A DNA stretch of 28,239 bases from Betaproteobacteria bacterium (GTDB lineage Bacteria; Pseudomonadota; Gammaproteobacteria; Burkholderiales; SG8-41), in NCBI GenBank assembly GCA_020028375.1, contig JAHZNX010000001.1, forward strand, positions 1 to 28,239. The letters run 5' to 3'. Within the stretch, counting starts at the first letter, position 1; each line of letters starts with the position of its first letter. Of this stretch, positions 8,041 through 16,149 are shown one piece after another. The notes under the pieces were generated by a model. The model searched no databases. It was given only the letters and a program-made list of their open reading frames with translations, and was not told where the DNA came from. Position numbers and translations under genes: made by a program.

Positions 8041-9809
8041 GTTTCCTCCCCTTCCCGCGTCAGCACGAAGCACACCATTCCAGGCTGGTTGGAGGCGAGC
8101 GCGAGGCGGTAGCCGAGCTGGGCCGCCTGCTTCGCGGAATGGTAGAGCCCCACGCCGAGCCCGCTCGGGGAGGGCACCGGCGCTTCGAACAGCTGCATTT
8201 CGGTGCTCTTCGCGATCGCGGCGCCATTGTCGCAGACCGTCAGCGTGCCGCCGCGCGCCACAGAAAGCGTCACCCGCACCTGAAGGCCCGTGCCGGCAGC
8301 CGACTTGTTGACGGCATTCTCGATCAGATTGTCGGCAACGCTGTCGAACAGTTCCGCGGGCAGGTTCAGGTCGCGCGGCGCGCCGTCCATCTGAAAATGG
8401 ATATTGCGCCCGGCATGGCGCTGGACCAGGCCCTCCCACCAGACCGCGGCACCCACGCGCGTCGGATCTGCCTGCTGCGGCGAGCGCAGCTTATCGAGCG
8501 TCGCGTTCAAGCGCTGGGTGATCTGCGGCAGCTGCCGCTGCATCAGCGCCTGCAGCCCCTGCGCCTGCTGCTCGCTGCTGCTGTCCACCGCCGCGCACAG
8601 CGAGCGCAGCGACTGCAGAAGGTTCTTGACGTCGTGCGTGAGCCGCGCGCCGGTCTCGTAGATAGCCTGGGTGTAAGCGCTCTGGCGCTGGACCTGCTCG
8701 CGGCGCTTTGCCTCGTAGAAGTGCCCGACCATCTGCGTGAGGAGCTTCAAGTGGAGCAGCACCGCCGGCGACAGCGACCAGCGCGTATAGATCCTGAGCC
8801 GCAGGTCCTGGAACGAAAATTCCGCGGAGTAGCCCGACTTGACGCCGTACTCGCCCTGGCCGAGGCGCGTTTCCCAGCGCAGCCCCGTCACCCAGGGCAG
8901 GTCGAGGATGTTCTCGAGGGACAGCGCGAGAAAGCGTTGCGGCTGGGTCTCCTGCTCGGCGAACTCCGCCAGGCGTTGCACCCAGCGCTCGAACGGCAGT
9001 CCCAGGCTCAGGAGATACTGCGAGAGGATATGGCCGAGGCCGGCGAAGCCGCCGCGCGGATTCCACAACCAGGATAGCGCCATCAGCACCACGGCGATCG
9101 CGAACAGCGTTTGTGCGAGGGCGAGGGGATAGTTGCCATGGCTCACCTGCTTGACGACGAAGCTCCCCAGGACCAGCGCGGCGACCAGCAAAAACAGGAT
9201 CACGCTGTAGAACAGATCGACGGCCAGCGGTACCGTGCTCCGGCTCGACTCGACCTGCGTCAGCAGGATCGCGATCGGAAATACGGGCAGCCCGTACTGC
9301 ACCAGCAGCACCGGCAGCAGGGATGGATGTGACTGCAGCAACGCGGGCCACGCCGCCACGCCATGCTGCGCCAGCCGGGCCGTCGCGTCCTCGATCGTCT
9401 GGTCGGCGAACAGGTGGGGCACCACCCACATCAGCAGCATCGACAGCAGATAAAGCGCGGCGAGCATCGACACCGTGCGCTGCCGCCGCTGGGCGATCCC
9501 GGGCACGGAGCCGCCGATCAGTCCGAACAGCACCGCCAGCCAGGCCGCCATCAGCCACCAGGTAGTCCATGCCGCGAGCAGAAAACCGACGATGACCACC
9601 AGGAAAACGTAGCGCGACTCGATGTCCACCTCGCCCCGCCATACCGGCTGCCACAACAGGAACAGACCGAAATGCGCCAGCAGGAGCGCGCGCGACCACC
9701 AGTCGGTGATTCCCCACGCGAGCGATGCGTGGAGCGCGAGCAGCATCAGGCCGAGCCACCACTGCGGGCGCACGGCGACGCGGAATTGCGTGGCGGCGAC
9801 TTCGCTCAC
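8037..9809 (-). CDS. Membrane-bound sensor histidine kinase (PrsK-like H-box), orphan in this window
   Basis: Multiple N-terminal TM helices; H-box ARLTHDVKNLLQSL; N-box NLIENAVNK; G1 VCDNGAAI; F-box LFEAP; G2 SGLGVGLY. GTG start; stop overlaps the convergent pilin stop (CTAA). Confidence 0.85.
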   Translation of the reverse strand: MSEVAATQFRVAVRPQWWLGLMLLALHASLAWGITDWWSRALLLAHFGLFLLWQPVWRGEVDIESRYVFLVVIVGFLLAAWTTWWLMAAWLAVLFGLIGGSVPGIAQRRQRTVSMLAALYLLSMLLMWVVPHLFADQTIEDATARLAQHGVAAWPALLQSHPSLLPVLLVQYGLPVFPIAILLTQVESSRSTVPLAVDLFYSVILFLLVAALVLGSFVVKQVSHGNYPLALAQTLFAIAVVLMALSWLWNPRGGFAGLGHILSQYLLSLGLPFERWVQRLAEFAEQETQPQRFLALSLENILDLPWVTGLRWETRLGQGEYGVKSGYSAEFSFQDLRLRIYTRWSLSPAVLLHLKLLTQMVGHFYEAKRREQVQRQSAYTQAIYETGARLTHDVKNLLQSLRSLCAAVDSSSEQQAQGLQALMQRQLPQITQRLNATLDKLRSPQQADPTRVGAAVWWEGLVQRHAGRNIHFQMDGAPRDLNLPAELFDSVADNLIENAVNKSAAGTGLQVRVTLSVARGGTLTVCDNGAAIAKSTEMQLFEAPVPSPSGLGVGLYHSAKQAAQLGYRLALASNQPGMVCFVLTREGEET

Positions 9810-9849
9810 GCAGGCGCCCGCGCGCAGCCTGCGCGGCGGGCGGTTTCGC

Positions 9850-9855
9850 TATACT
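9850..9855 (+). promoter_or_regulatory. Possible sigma-70 -10 box for the permease gene
   Basis: TATACT 66 nt upstream of ATG 9922 in the divergent intergenic region; no recognisable -35. Confidence 0.3.
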
Positions 9856-9921
9856 GTCGGCGGATTTGCATCGGAGCTCGAAGCGTAAGCCGCGGCCGCT
9901 GCCGGACACAGCTATTGTGGC

Positions 9922-10692
9922 ATGGATTCCAGAATCGCAGCCATTGCGCGCTACACGTTGCTTGAGGCGCTGCGCACCCGCCTGGCAGCGCTGGTTTTGA
10001 TCACGCTGCTGCTCCTGCTGGCCGCCAGCTTTTTCGTCGAGACGATATCGGTCACGGAGGGCGAGAGGTTCCAGGCCGGCTTCTACGCCGCGAGCATGCG
10101 GCTCGCAGCCGTCTTCATCGCGGCCGTCTACGTCCTGGTGAGCATCACGCGCGAGTTCAACGACAAGAATCTCGACGTGCTGCTCGCGCTCGATTTGCCG
10201 CGCTCCCATTATGTCCTGGGCAAGCTCGCCGGCTTCCTCGCGATCGCCGTGCTGATCGCTGCCGCGGCCTCGCTGCCGCTCGCGTGGCTCGCCCCCGCGC
10301 CCGCCGTGTTGCAATGGGCGGGTTCGCTCGCGGCGGAACTCGCGATCGTCGTGGCGTTTGCGCTGTTCTGCGTCGTCACCTTCAACCAGCTCACGCCAGC
10401 GGCAAGCTTCGTCCTGGCCTTCTATGCCCTCGGCCGCGCGCTCACCGCGATACGCCTCATGAGCGCGCATCCGCTGACCGGTGCCGACACCTTCTCGCAT
10501 CAGGCTATCCAGTTCATGGTGGACGCGCTGGCGCTGGTCATGCCCGCGCTGGACATGTGGACCCAGACCGCGTGGCTGGTCAATCAGCCCGCTCCGTGGT
10601 CCGCCCTGCTCGAACTGGCGGGGTTGAGCGCGCTCTACGTCGCGTTGCTCGCCGGGGCTACGATGTTCGATTTCTACAGGAAGAACTTCTGA
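9922..10692 (+). CDS. ABC-2 type (NosY/PilI-like) transporter permease
   Basis: RIAAIARYTLLEALRTR N-terminus, about six TM helices, SITREFNDKNLDVLLALDLPRSHYVLGKLAG motif typical of ABC-2 family permeases, C-terminal MFDFYRKNF. Confidence 0.85.
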   Translation: MDSRIAAIARYTLLEALRTRLAALVLITLLLLLAASFFVETISVTEGERFQAGFYAASMRLAAVFIAAVYVLVSITREFNDKNLDVLLALDLPRSHYVLGKLAGFLAIAVLIAAAASLPLAWLAPAPAVLQWAGSLAAELAIVVAFALFCVVTFNQLTPAASFVLAFYALGRALTAIRLMSAHPLTGADTFSHQAIQFMVDALALVMPALDMWTQTAWLVNQPAPWSALLELAGLSALYVALLAGATMFDFYRKNF

Positions 10693-10714
10693 GGGGATCT
10701 CTCAAGCATTCCTG

Positions 10715-11470
10715 ATGGCCCGCGAAACGAAGCATCGCCAGGAACGCGCGATCAGCGAGGTGCCGCGCTGGGTGCTGGCCCTGCTCGTCGCCGCGTTTTG
10801 CGCGCAGGTGACGTGGCAGGCGCTGCAGCCCCGTCCCAACGCGCGTGCCGAGGCGCTTGGTGTACCGCCTGCGCCCGCGCTGCTGCGGCCGCTCGCGCTG
10901 GGAGAGTCCATTGCGGCGGCCCAGCTCCTCACGCTTTACCTCCAGGCGTTCGACAACCAGCCGGGCGTGAGCATCCCGTTCCTCGAGCTGGACTATGCGC
11001 GCGTCATCGCCTGGCTCGCGACGATACTCGAGCTCGACCCCGTCGGGCAGTATCCCCTGCTGATGGCATCGCAGATCTACTCCCAGGTGCCGGACGCGGC
11101 AAAGCAACGCCGGATGTGCGAGTTCGTGCGCGACCAGTTCGATCGTGACCCCAACCGGCGCTGGCGCTGGCTTGCCCACTGTGCCATTCTGGCGAAGCAC
11201 CGATTCGGCGACGTGCGCCTCGCGCTTTCCTACGCCGAGGCCATCGCGCAGGGCGCGAGTCACGCCTCCAACTGGGCGCGCCAGATGCGCATATTCATAC
11301 TTGAGGACCTGGGGGAGCTCGAGGCCGCGAAGGTGCTGCTAGGGGGCCTGCTCGCGAGCGGCGAAGTCTCGGAGCCCAAGGAGGTCCAATTCCTGATGGG
11401 GCGGTTGAAAGAGCTTGAAGCTGCCGGAAAAGCGTCATCGCCGCCGGGAATTCGACAGCCGAAGCCCTGA
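10715..11470 (+). CDS. Membrane-anchored hypothetical protein with TPR-like helical repeats
   Basis: Single N-terminal TM (WVLALLVAAFCAQVTW), helical region ILELDPVGQYPLLMASQIY...DPNRRWRWL...ALSYAEAIA; cotranscribed with the permease. Confidence 0.7.
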   Translation: MARETKHRQERAISEVPRWVLALLVAAFCAQVTWQALQPRPNARAEALGVPPAPALLRPLALGESIAAAQLLTLYLQAFDNQPGVSIPFLELDYARVIAWLATILELDPVGQYPLLMASQIYSQVPDAAKQRRMCEFVRDQFDRDPNRRWRWLAHCAILAKHRFGDVRLALSYAEAIAQGASHASNWARQMRIFILEDLGELEAAKVLLGGLLASGEVSEPKEVQFLMGRLKELEAAGKASSPPGIRQPKP

Positions 11471-11653
11471 CCTTAAAAATATTTCCTTATCTTTCAAATA
11501 CTAAACCGATCAACCTCATCCAATTCTCCCCTGGCACATGCCTCGAAAAATGTCGTTATTACATGGGGTTGTAAGATAAACCTCATGACCCGTGATATAT
11601 TTCACGCCGGAGTTGGAACTGTGGAGGAACGCGCGTCTCGGCCGTGGATTAAT

Positions 11654-11668
11654 TGGCACGGGACTTGC
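11654..11668 (+). promoter_or_regulatory. Sigma-54 (-24/-12) promoter of the pilin gene
   Basis: TGGCAC-GGGAC-TTGC is an exact TGGCAC-N5-TTGC consensus, 39 nt upstream of the ATG, at the end of an AT-rich 237-nt intergenic region. Confidence 0.85.
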
Positions 11669-11707
11669 GTAATCCGTCCCCACCGGGGCTATCGGAGGAA
11701 ATGCGCC

Positions 11708-12394
11708 ATGCGTAAGCAAACCGGCTTCACCCTGATCGAGATCGCGATCGTGCTCGTGATCATCGGCCTTCTGCTGGGCGGCGTGCTGAAGGGCCAGGAG
11801 CTGATCACCAGCGCCCGCGTGCGCAACCTCATCTCCCAGCAGGACGGCGTCAAGGCCGCCTACTTCGGCTTCCTCGACCGCTTCCGCGCCCTGCCCGGCG
11901 ACTACAGCCAGGCCGTAGCCAATATCGCGCTCGTGACCACCAACGGGAATGGCAACGGCCAGATCCGCTCGATTGCCGCGGGCGATGTGGCAGACGAGTT
12001 CATCCTGGTGTGGGAGCACCTCTCGCGAGCGGGCTTCATCAACGGCAGTTATACCTACGCCGCGGGCGCCGAGTCCCCCGCGTCCGCGCCGACCAACCCT
12101 TATGCCCGCTACATCCAGGTGATCCAGGACGCCGTCTACGGTGCCGGCGGTGGAGCCGTGCGCCACAACATCAAGACCGGCAACCAGATATCGTCTGAAA
12201 TCCTGGCCGAAATCGATCGCAAGGTCGATGACGGTAATCCCGTGCTGGGCGTGTTCCAGTTTTCGACCTACCCCGGCGGCACCGGGGCTTCTGCTGGTAT
12301 CGCACCAACAGGCCCCGGCGCGGGCACGTGCTATACCGGCACGACCTGGACCGCACCCACAGTCCCCAATTGCGGCGGGGCGAGCCTGCTCTAA
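11708..12394 (+). CDS. Probable major type IV pilin/pseudopilin (228 aa precursor)
   Basis: MRKQTG/FTLIEIAIVLVIIGLLLGGVLKGQELI with a 6-aa leader, Gly-1/Phe+1/Glu5; C-terminal Cys pair (TCYTG...PNCGG); SD GGAGG at 11694-11698; own promoter and terminator. Track start 11585 is upstream of the promoter and is rejected. Confidence 0.92.
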   Translation: MRKQTGFTLIEIAIVLVIIGLLLGGVLKGQELITSARVRNLISQQDGVKAAYFGFLDRFRALPGDYSQAVANIALVTTNGNGNGQIRSIAAGDVADEFILVWEHLSRAGFINGSYTYAAGAESPASAPTNPYARYIQVIQDAVYGAGGGAVRHNIKTGNQISSEILAEIDRKVDDGNPVLGVFQFSTYPGGTGASAGIAPTGPGAGTCYTGTTWTAPTVPNCGGASLL

Positions 12395-12420
12395 GGAAAA
12401 TCCCGCAGGCTTATCGGAGA

Positions 12421-12444
12421 AAAGCCCGCGGACCCGCGGGCTTT
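12421..12444. terminator. Bidirectional intrinsic terminator between the pilin and CPA2 genes
   Basis: AAAGCCCGCG-GACC-CGCGGGCTTT perfect 10-bp stem, A-tract on the left and T-tract on the right, between convergent genes. Confidence 0.85.
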
Positions 12445-12445
12445 C

Positions 12446-14416
12446 TTATCCCTGCAACAGCCTGATCTCGGCCGCAGCGAGCTCCTGCTCGGCGCCGAGC
12501 AGCACCAGCACATCGCCCTCTTCGATCCGGGTATCCGGCTCGGGCGCCACCCCGCGGATGTTGCGCCGGCGGACCGCGGTCACCTCGACGCCGATTGCTT
12601 CCAGGCCAATTGCGCCGAGCGTCCTGCCCACCGCCGCTGCGCCCGGCGCGATCGTGACCGAGTGCAACCGCGGCTGTTCCGCCTCGCTCCCGCTGCCCGT
12701 TTCGTCGGTGATCCCGCGGAAAAATCCGCGGAACAGGCTGTAGCGCTGCTCCCGCGTCTCGCGAATGCGCGCAAGCACACGGTTGAGCGGCACCCCCAGC
12801 AGCATCAGCGCGGTCGAGGCGAGTATGAGGCTCCCCTCCATGACCTCGGCGACGACCTCCGCCGCGCCGGCTACCTTCAGGCGGTCGATGTCGGAGTCGT
12901 CGCGCGTGCGCACCACCACCGGCAGCTCCGGCCGCAGCTCCCGCACGTGGCCGAGGATGCGCAGCGCGGAGGCCGTATCCGCGTAAGTGATCGCGAGCGC
13001 CTTCGCCCGCAGCAGCCCCGCCGCGACCAGCACCTCGCGGCGCGCGGCATCCCCGAACACCACGCTCTCGCCCGCCGCCGCCGCCTCGCGGATGCGCTGC
13101 GGATCGACGTCGAGCGCGATGAACGGGATCGATTCCTGCTCCAGCAGCCGCGCCAGGTTCTGCCCGCTGCGCCCGTAGCCGCAGATGACCACATGCTGTT
13201 CGGCGGCCATGGACTGCACCGCGATGTTGTGGAGTTGCATCGCCCGGTGCACCCAGTCGGAGCGCACCCAGCCGCGGGCAACGCGCTCGCTGTGCTCAAC
13301 GAGAAAGGGCGTCGCCATCATGGACAGCAGCATCGCGGCGAGCACCGGCTGCATGATCTCGCCGGTCACCAGCCCGAGACCATGGGACTGGGCCAGCAGC
13401 ACGAAGCCGAACTCCCCGCATGCGGCGAGCGCCAGCCCCACGCGCAGCGCCACCGTAACGTCGGCGCCGAACGCGAGACTCAGGCCGATGATGACTGACG
13501 CCTTCAGCACCAGCAACGCGGCCAGCAGCAGCATGATCCAGTGCGCCTGCCCGAGCACCAGCTGCAGGTCGAGCATCATGCCGATGGTGACGAAGAACAG
13601 CCCCAGAAGGACGTCGCGGAACGGCCGGATATCCACTTCCACCTGGTAGCGGTACTCGGTCTCGGAGATGAGCGCCCCGGCAAGGAAGGCGCCGAGCGCG
13701 AGGGACAGCCCCGCGAGCTCGGTTGCGTAGGCAAGCCCGAGCGTGATCAGAAGCACGTTGAGCACGAAGAGCTCGGCGGACTTCTGCCGCGCGATGAGAT
13801 GGAACCAGCCACGCATCAGCCGCTGGCCAAGGAAGAGCAGCAACGCCAGCACTGCCGCCGCCTTGGCGAACGCAAGCCCGAGGTTAACCGCGAGCGTCTC
13901 CGCGCCGGCCGCGAGCGCCGGTGCAATGATCAGCAGCGGCACCACCGCGAGGTCCTGCGCGAGCAGGATGCCGATGATTCTCCGGCCATGCGACGAGTTG
14001 AGCTCGAGGCGCTCGGCGAGCAGCTTGGCGAGGATCGCGGTGGATGACATCGCCACTACGCCGCCGAGCACCAATCCCGCCCGCCACTCGACGCCGAGCG
14101 CGGCGGCAGCCGTCCATACGAGCAGGAGGGTCACAACCACCTGGACGGCACCCAGGCCGAACACGATGCGGCGCATGGTGACGAGCTTGGGCAAGCTGAA
14201 TTCCAGACCGATGCTGAACATCAGGAACACCACGCCGATCTCGGCCAGCTGGCGCACCGCCACCGTGTCGGGGATCCAGGCCAGCGCGTGCGGCCCGATC
14301 GCGACGCCGACGATCAGGTAGCCGAGCAGCGGCGGGAGCCGCAGCGACCGGAACACCACCACCACCAACACCGCGGTGGCGAGCAGTATCAGAACGGATT
14401 GCAGCAGCGAATGCAT
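12446..14416 (-). CDS. CPA2 monovalent cation:proton antiporter (KefB/KefC-like) with TrkA-N and TrkA-C domains
   Basis: Many TM helices (GVVFLMFSIGLEF; LGAFLAGALISETEYRYQVEVDIRPFRDVLLGLFFVTIGM), KTN Rossmann motif ICGYGRSGQ, C-terminal RCK_C. Start 14416 preferred (alternative 14434). Confidence 0.93.
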   Translation of the reverse strand: MHSLLQSVLILLATAVLVVVVFRSLRLPPLLGYLIVGVAIGPHALAWIPDTVAVRQLAEIGVVFLMFSIGLEFSLPKLVTMRRIVFGLGAVQVVVTLLLVWTAAAALGVEWRAGLVLGGVVAMSSTAILAKLLAERLELNSSHGRRIIGILLAQDLAVVPLLIIAPALAAGAETLAVNLGLAFAKAAAVLALLLFLGQRLMRGWFHLIARQKSAELFVLNVLLITLGLAYATELAGLSLALGAFLAGALISETEYRYQVEVDIRPFRDVLLGLFFVTIGMMLDLQLVLGQAHWIMLLLAALLVLKASVIIGLSLAFGADVTVALRVGLALAACGEFGFVLLAQSHGLGLVTGEIMQPVLAAMLLSMMATPFLVEHSERVARGWVRSDWVHRAMQLHNIAVQSMAAEQHVVICGYGRSGQNLARLLEQESIPFIALDVDPQRIREAAAAGESVVFGDAARREVLVAAGLLRAKALAITYADTASALRILGHVRELRPELPVVVRTRDDSDIDRLKVAGAAEVVAEVMEGSLILASTALMLLGVPLNRVLARIRETREQRYSLFRGFFRGITDETGSGSEAEQPRLHSVTIAPGAAAVGRTLGAIGLEAIGVEVTAVRRRNIRGVAPEPDTRIEEGDVLVLLGAEQELAAAEIRLLQG

Positions 14417-14480
14417 GAATGAATCATGCCTCATCGCATACGAATTGCAAGGCGAACGCGGCGGGAAACGCGTCTGATTC

Positions 14481-14489
14481 TGCTATACT
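14481..14489 (+). promoter_or_regulatory. Extended -10 promoter of the kdsD operon (near-leaderless)
   Basis: TG-C-TATACT, 9 nt before the kdsD ATG; no SD between them. Confidence 0.55.
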
Positions 14490-14498
14490 TTCCCCGCA

Positions 14499-15503
14499 AT
14501 GAAGACGGCATCGAGCAGCGCCGGCCGCGCTTCCCGTGACGACGCAGCGCTGGCCATCGCGCGCGAAGTGCTGGAGATCGAAGCCAAGGCCGTCGCCGAC
14601 CTGATCGGCAAGCTCGACGGGCGCTTTGCCCAGGCGGTGGAGACCATCCTGAACTGCCGCGGCCGCGTCGTGGTGAGCGGCATGGGGAAGTCCGGGCACA
14701 TCGCGCGCAAGATCGCATCCACCCTGGCGAGCACCGGCACCCCCGCGTACTTCGTCCACCCGGCGGAAGCGAGCCACGGCGATCTCGGCATGGTCGCGCG
14801 CGACGATGTTTTCATCGCACTCTCGAATTCCGGCGAAAGCGACGAGCTGCTGGCGATCATCCCGCTCATCAAGCGCCAGGGCGCGAAGCTCATCGCGATG
14901 ACCGGCAACCCGCAGTCCGCGCTCGCGCGCGAGGCCGACGTCCACCTCTACGCCGGGGCGGAAAAGGAAGCCTGCCCGCTCAACCTGGCGCCGACCGCGA
15001 GCACGACCGCGGCCCTTGCCCTGGGCGACGCGCTCGCCCTTGCCCTGATGCAGGCGAAGGGATTTACCCGCGACGAGTTTGCGGCCGCGCATCCCGGCGG
15101 CATGCTCGGGCGGAGGCTCCTCACCCACGTTCGCGACGTGATGCGCACCGGGGAGAACGCCCCGCGCGTCGCGCACACCGCCACCGCCCTGGAGGGCATG
15201 CTCGAGGTCTCGCGAGGGAGGATGGGCATGACCGTCATACTGGACGGGGAAGGACGCGTCATCGGCATCTTCACCGACGGAGACCTGCGCCGCAGCCTGG
15301 AGAAGGGCGTGGACCTGCGCCTCACCCCCGTCACCAAGGTCATGACGCGGGGGCCGCGTACCATCGGCCCCGGGAAGCTTGCCGCGGAGGCGGTCGAGAT
15401 CATGGAGCGCTTCAAGATCAACCAGCTGGTCGTGGTCGACGATGACGGAAAGCTGCTGGGCGCGCTCAACATGCACGATTTGTTCCGTGCCAAGGTGATC
15501 TAG
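14499..15503 (+). CDS. kdsD: Arabinose-5-phosphate isomerase (KpsF/GutQ family, SIS + 2 CBS)
   Basis: GMGKSGHIARKIASTLASTGTPAYFVHPAEASHGDLG, EACPLNLAPTASTT, HPGGMLG, IFTDGDLRR, ALNMHDLFRAKVI. Confidence 0.97.
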   Translation: MKTASSSAGRASRDDAALAIAREVLEIEAKAVADLIGKLDGRFAQAVETILNCRGRVVVSGMGKSGHIARKIASTLASTGTPAYFVHPAEASHGDLGMVARDDVFIALSNSGESDELLAIIPLIKRQGAKLIAMTGNPQSALAREADVHLYAGAEKEACPLNLAPTASTTAALALGDALALALMQAKGFTRDEFAAAHPGGMLGRRLLTHVRDVMRTGENAPRVAHTATALEGMLEVSRGRMGMTVILDGEGRVIGIFTDGDLRRSLEKGVDLRLTPVTKVMTRGPRTIGPGKLAAEAVEIMERFKINQLVVVDDDGKLLGALNMHDLFRAKVI

Positions 15504-15596
15504 TTTCGAGTTGCGAGTTTCCAGTTTCCAGTTTTGCTGCCGTGCCGAACGAGTGGTGCCGTTAACTCGAAACTGGAAACTCGAAACTGGAAACTG
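15502..15596. repeat. Heptamer inverted-repeat element (AGTTTCS / SGAAACT)
   Basis: Left arm AGTTTCG AGTTGCG AGTTTCC AGTTTCC AGTTT (15502-15534), 29-nt spacer, right arm AACTCG AAACTGG AAACTCG AAACTGG AAACTG (15564-15596). It fills the kdsD-kdsC intergenic space. Confidence 0.9.
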
Positions 15597-15600
15597 AATA

Positions 15601-16149
15601 ATGCAGGACATCTACGAACGGGCGAGAAAGGTCCGGGTCGCCATCTTCGACGTCGACGGCGTGCTGACGGACGGCGCGCTCTACTACGCGGACTCGGGCA
15701 AGGAGCTGAAGGCGTTCAGCGTTCACGACGGCCATGGCATCAGGATGCTCAAGGAATGCGGCGTGGCGGCTGCGATCATCAGCAGCCGCAGCTCCGGTGC
15801 CCTGGAAGCACGCGCGCGCAATCTCGGAATCGAGCTGCTGTTCCAGGGCGCCGCGGACAAGCTCGCCGCGTTCAGCGAGCTGCTCGGCCGCTGCGGCGTC
15901 GCCGCGGAGGCCTGCGCCTGCGTCGGCGACGATATCGTGGACGTTCCGGTGATGGAGCGCTGCGGATTGGCGGTGGCGGTACCCGACGCGCCGGCTGCGG
16001 TGCGCCGGCGGGCGCAATACGTCACCCGCGCCCGCGGCGGGCGCGGCGCGGTGCGCGAAATCTGCGAGATCATCCTGCACGCGCAGGGTTCCCGCCTTGC
16101 GCGGCCTGCCGGGTTCGCCGACCGGCGGGGTACGGGAACGCGGGGATGA
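15601..16149 (+). CDS. kdsC: 3-deoxy-D-manno-octulosonate 8-phosphate phosphatase (HAD)
   Basis: IFDVDGVLTDG, KAFSVHDGHGI, CVGDDIVD, GGRGAVREICE; located between kdsD and lptC. Confidence 0.96.
   Translation: MQDIYERARKVRVAIFDVDGVLTDGALYYADSGKELKAFSVHDGHGIRMLKECGVAAAIISSRSSGALEARARNLGIELLFQGAADKLAAFSELLGRCGVAAEACACVGDDIVDVPVMERCGLAVAVPDAPAAVRRRAQYVTRARGGRGAVREICEIILHAQGSRLARPAGFADRRGTGTRG

Noticed and set aside
8491-10500. 669-aa minus-strand ORF and similar long track ORFs (e.g. 18328..20022, 20482..22362, 3005..4189, 25161..26525, 11516..12166)
   Set aside because: Shadow frames of well-supported genes in high-GC DNA; Arg/Ala/Gly/Pro-rich with no motifs.
11532-11546. Second TGGCAC upstream of the pilin
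   Set aside because: Followed by ATGCC-TCGA, so there is no -12 TTGC element.
11708-12394. Electrically conductive (e-pilin) interpretation of the major pilin
   Set aside because: About 19 F/W/Y in 222 mature residues by hand count, but no aromatic residue between F1 and Y46, so the Geobacter-type N-terminal aromatics are missing.
16081-16149. Atypical kdsC C-terminus as a possible frameshift
   Set aside because: All catalytic motifs precede it, the alternative frames give nothing more KdsC-like, and the stop overlaps the lptC ATG normally.
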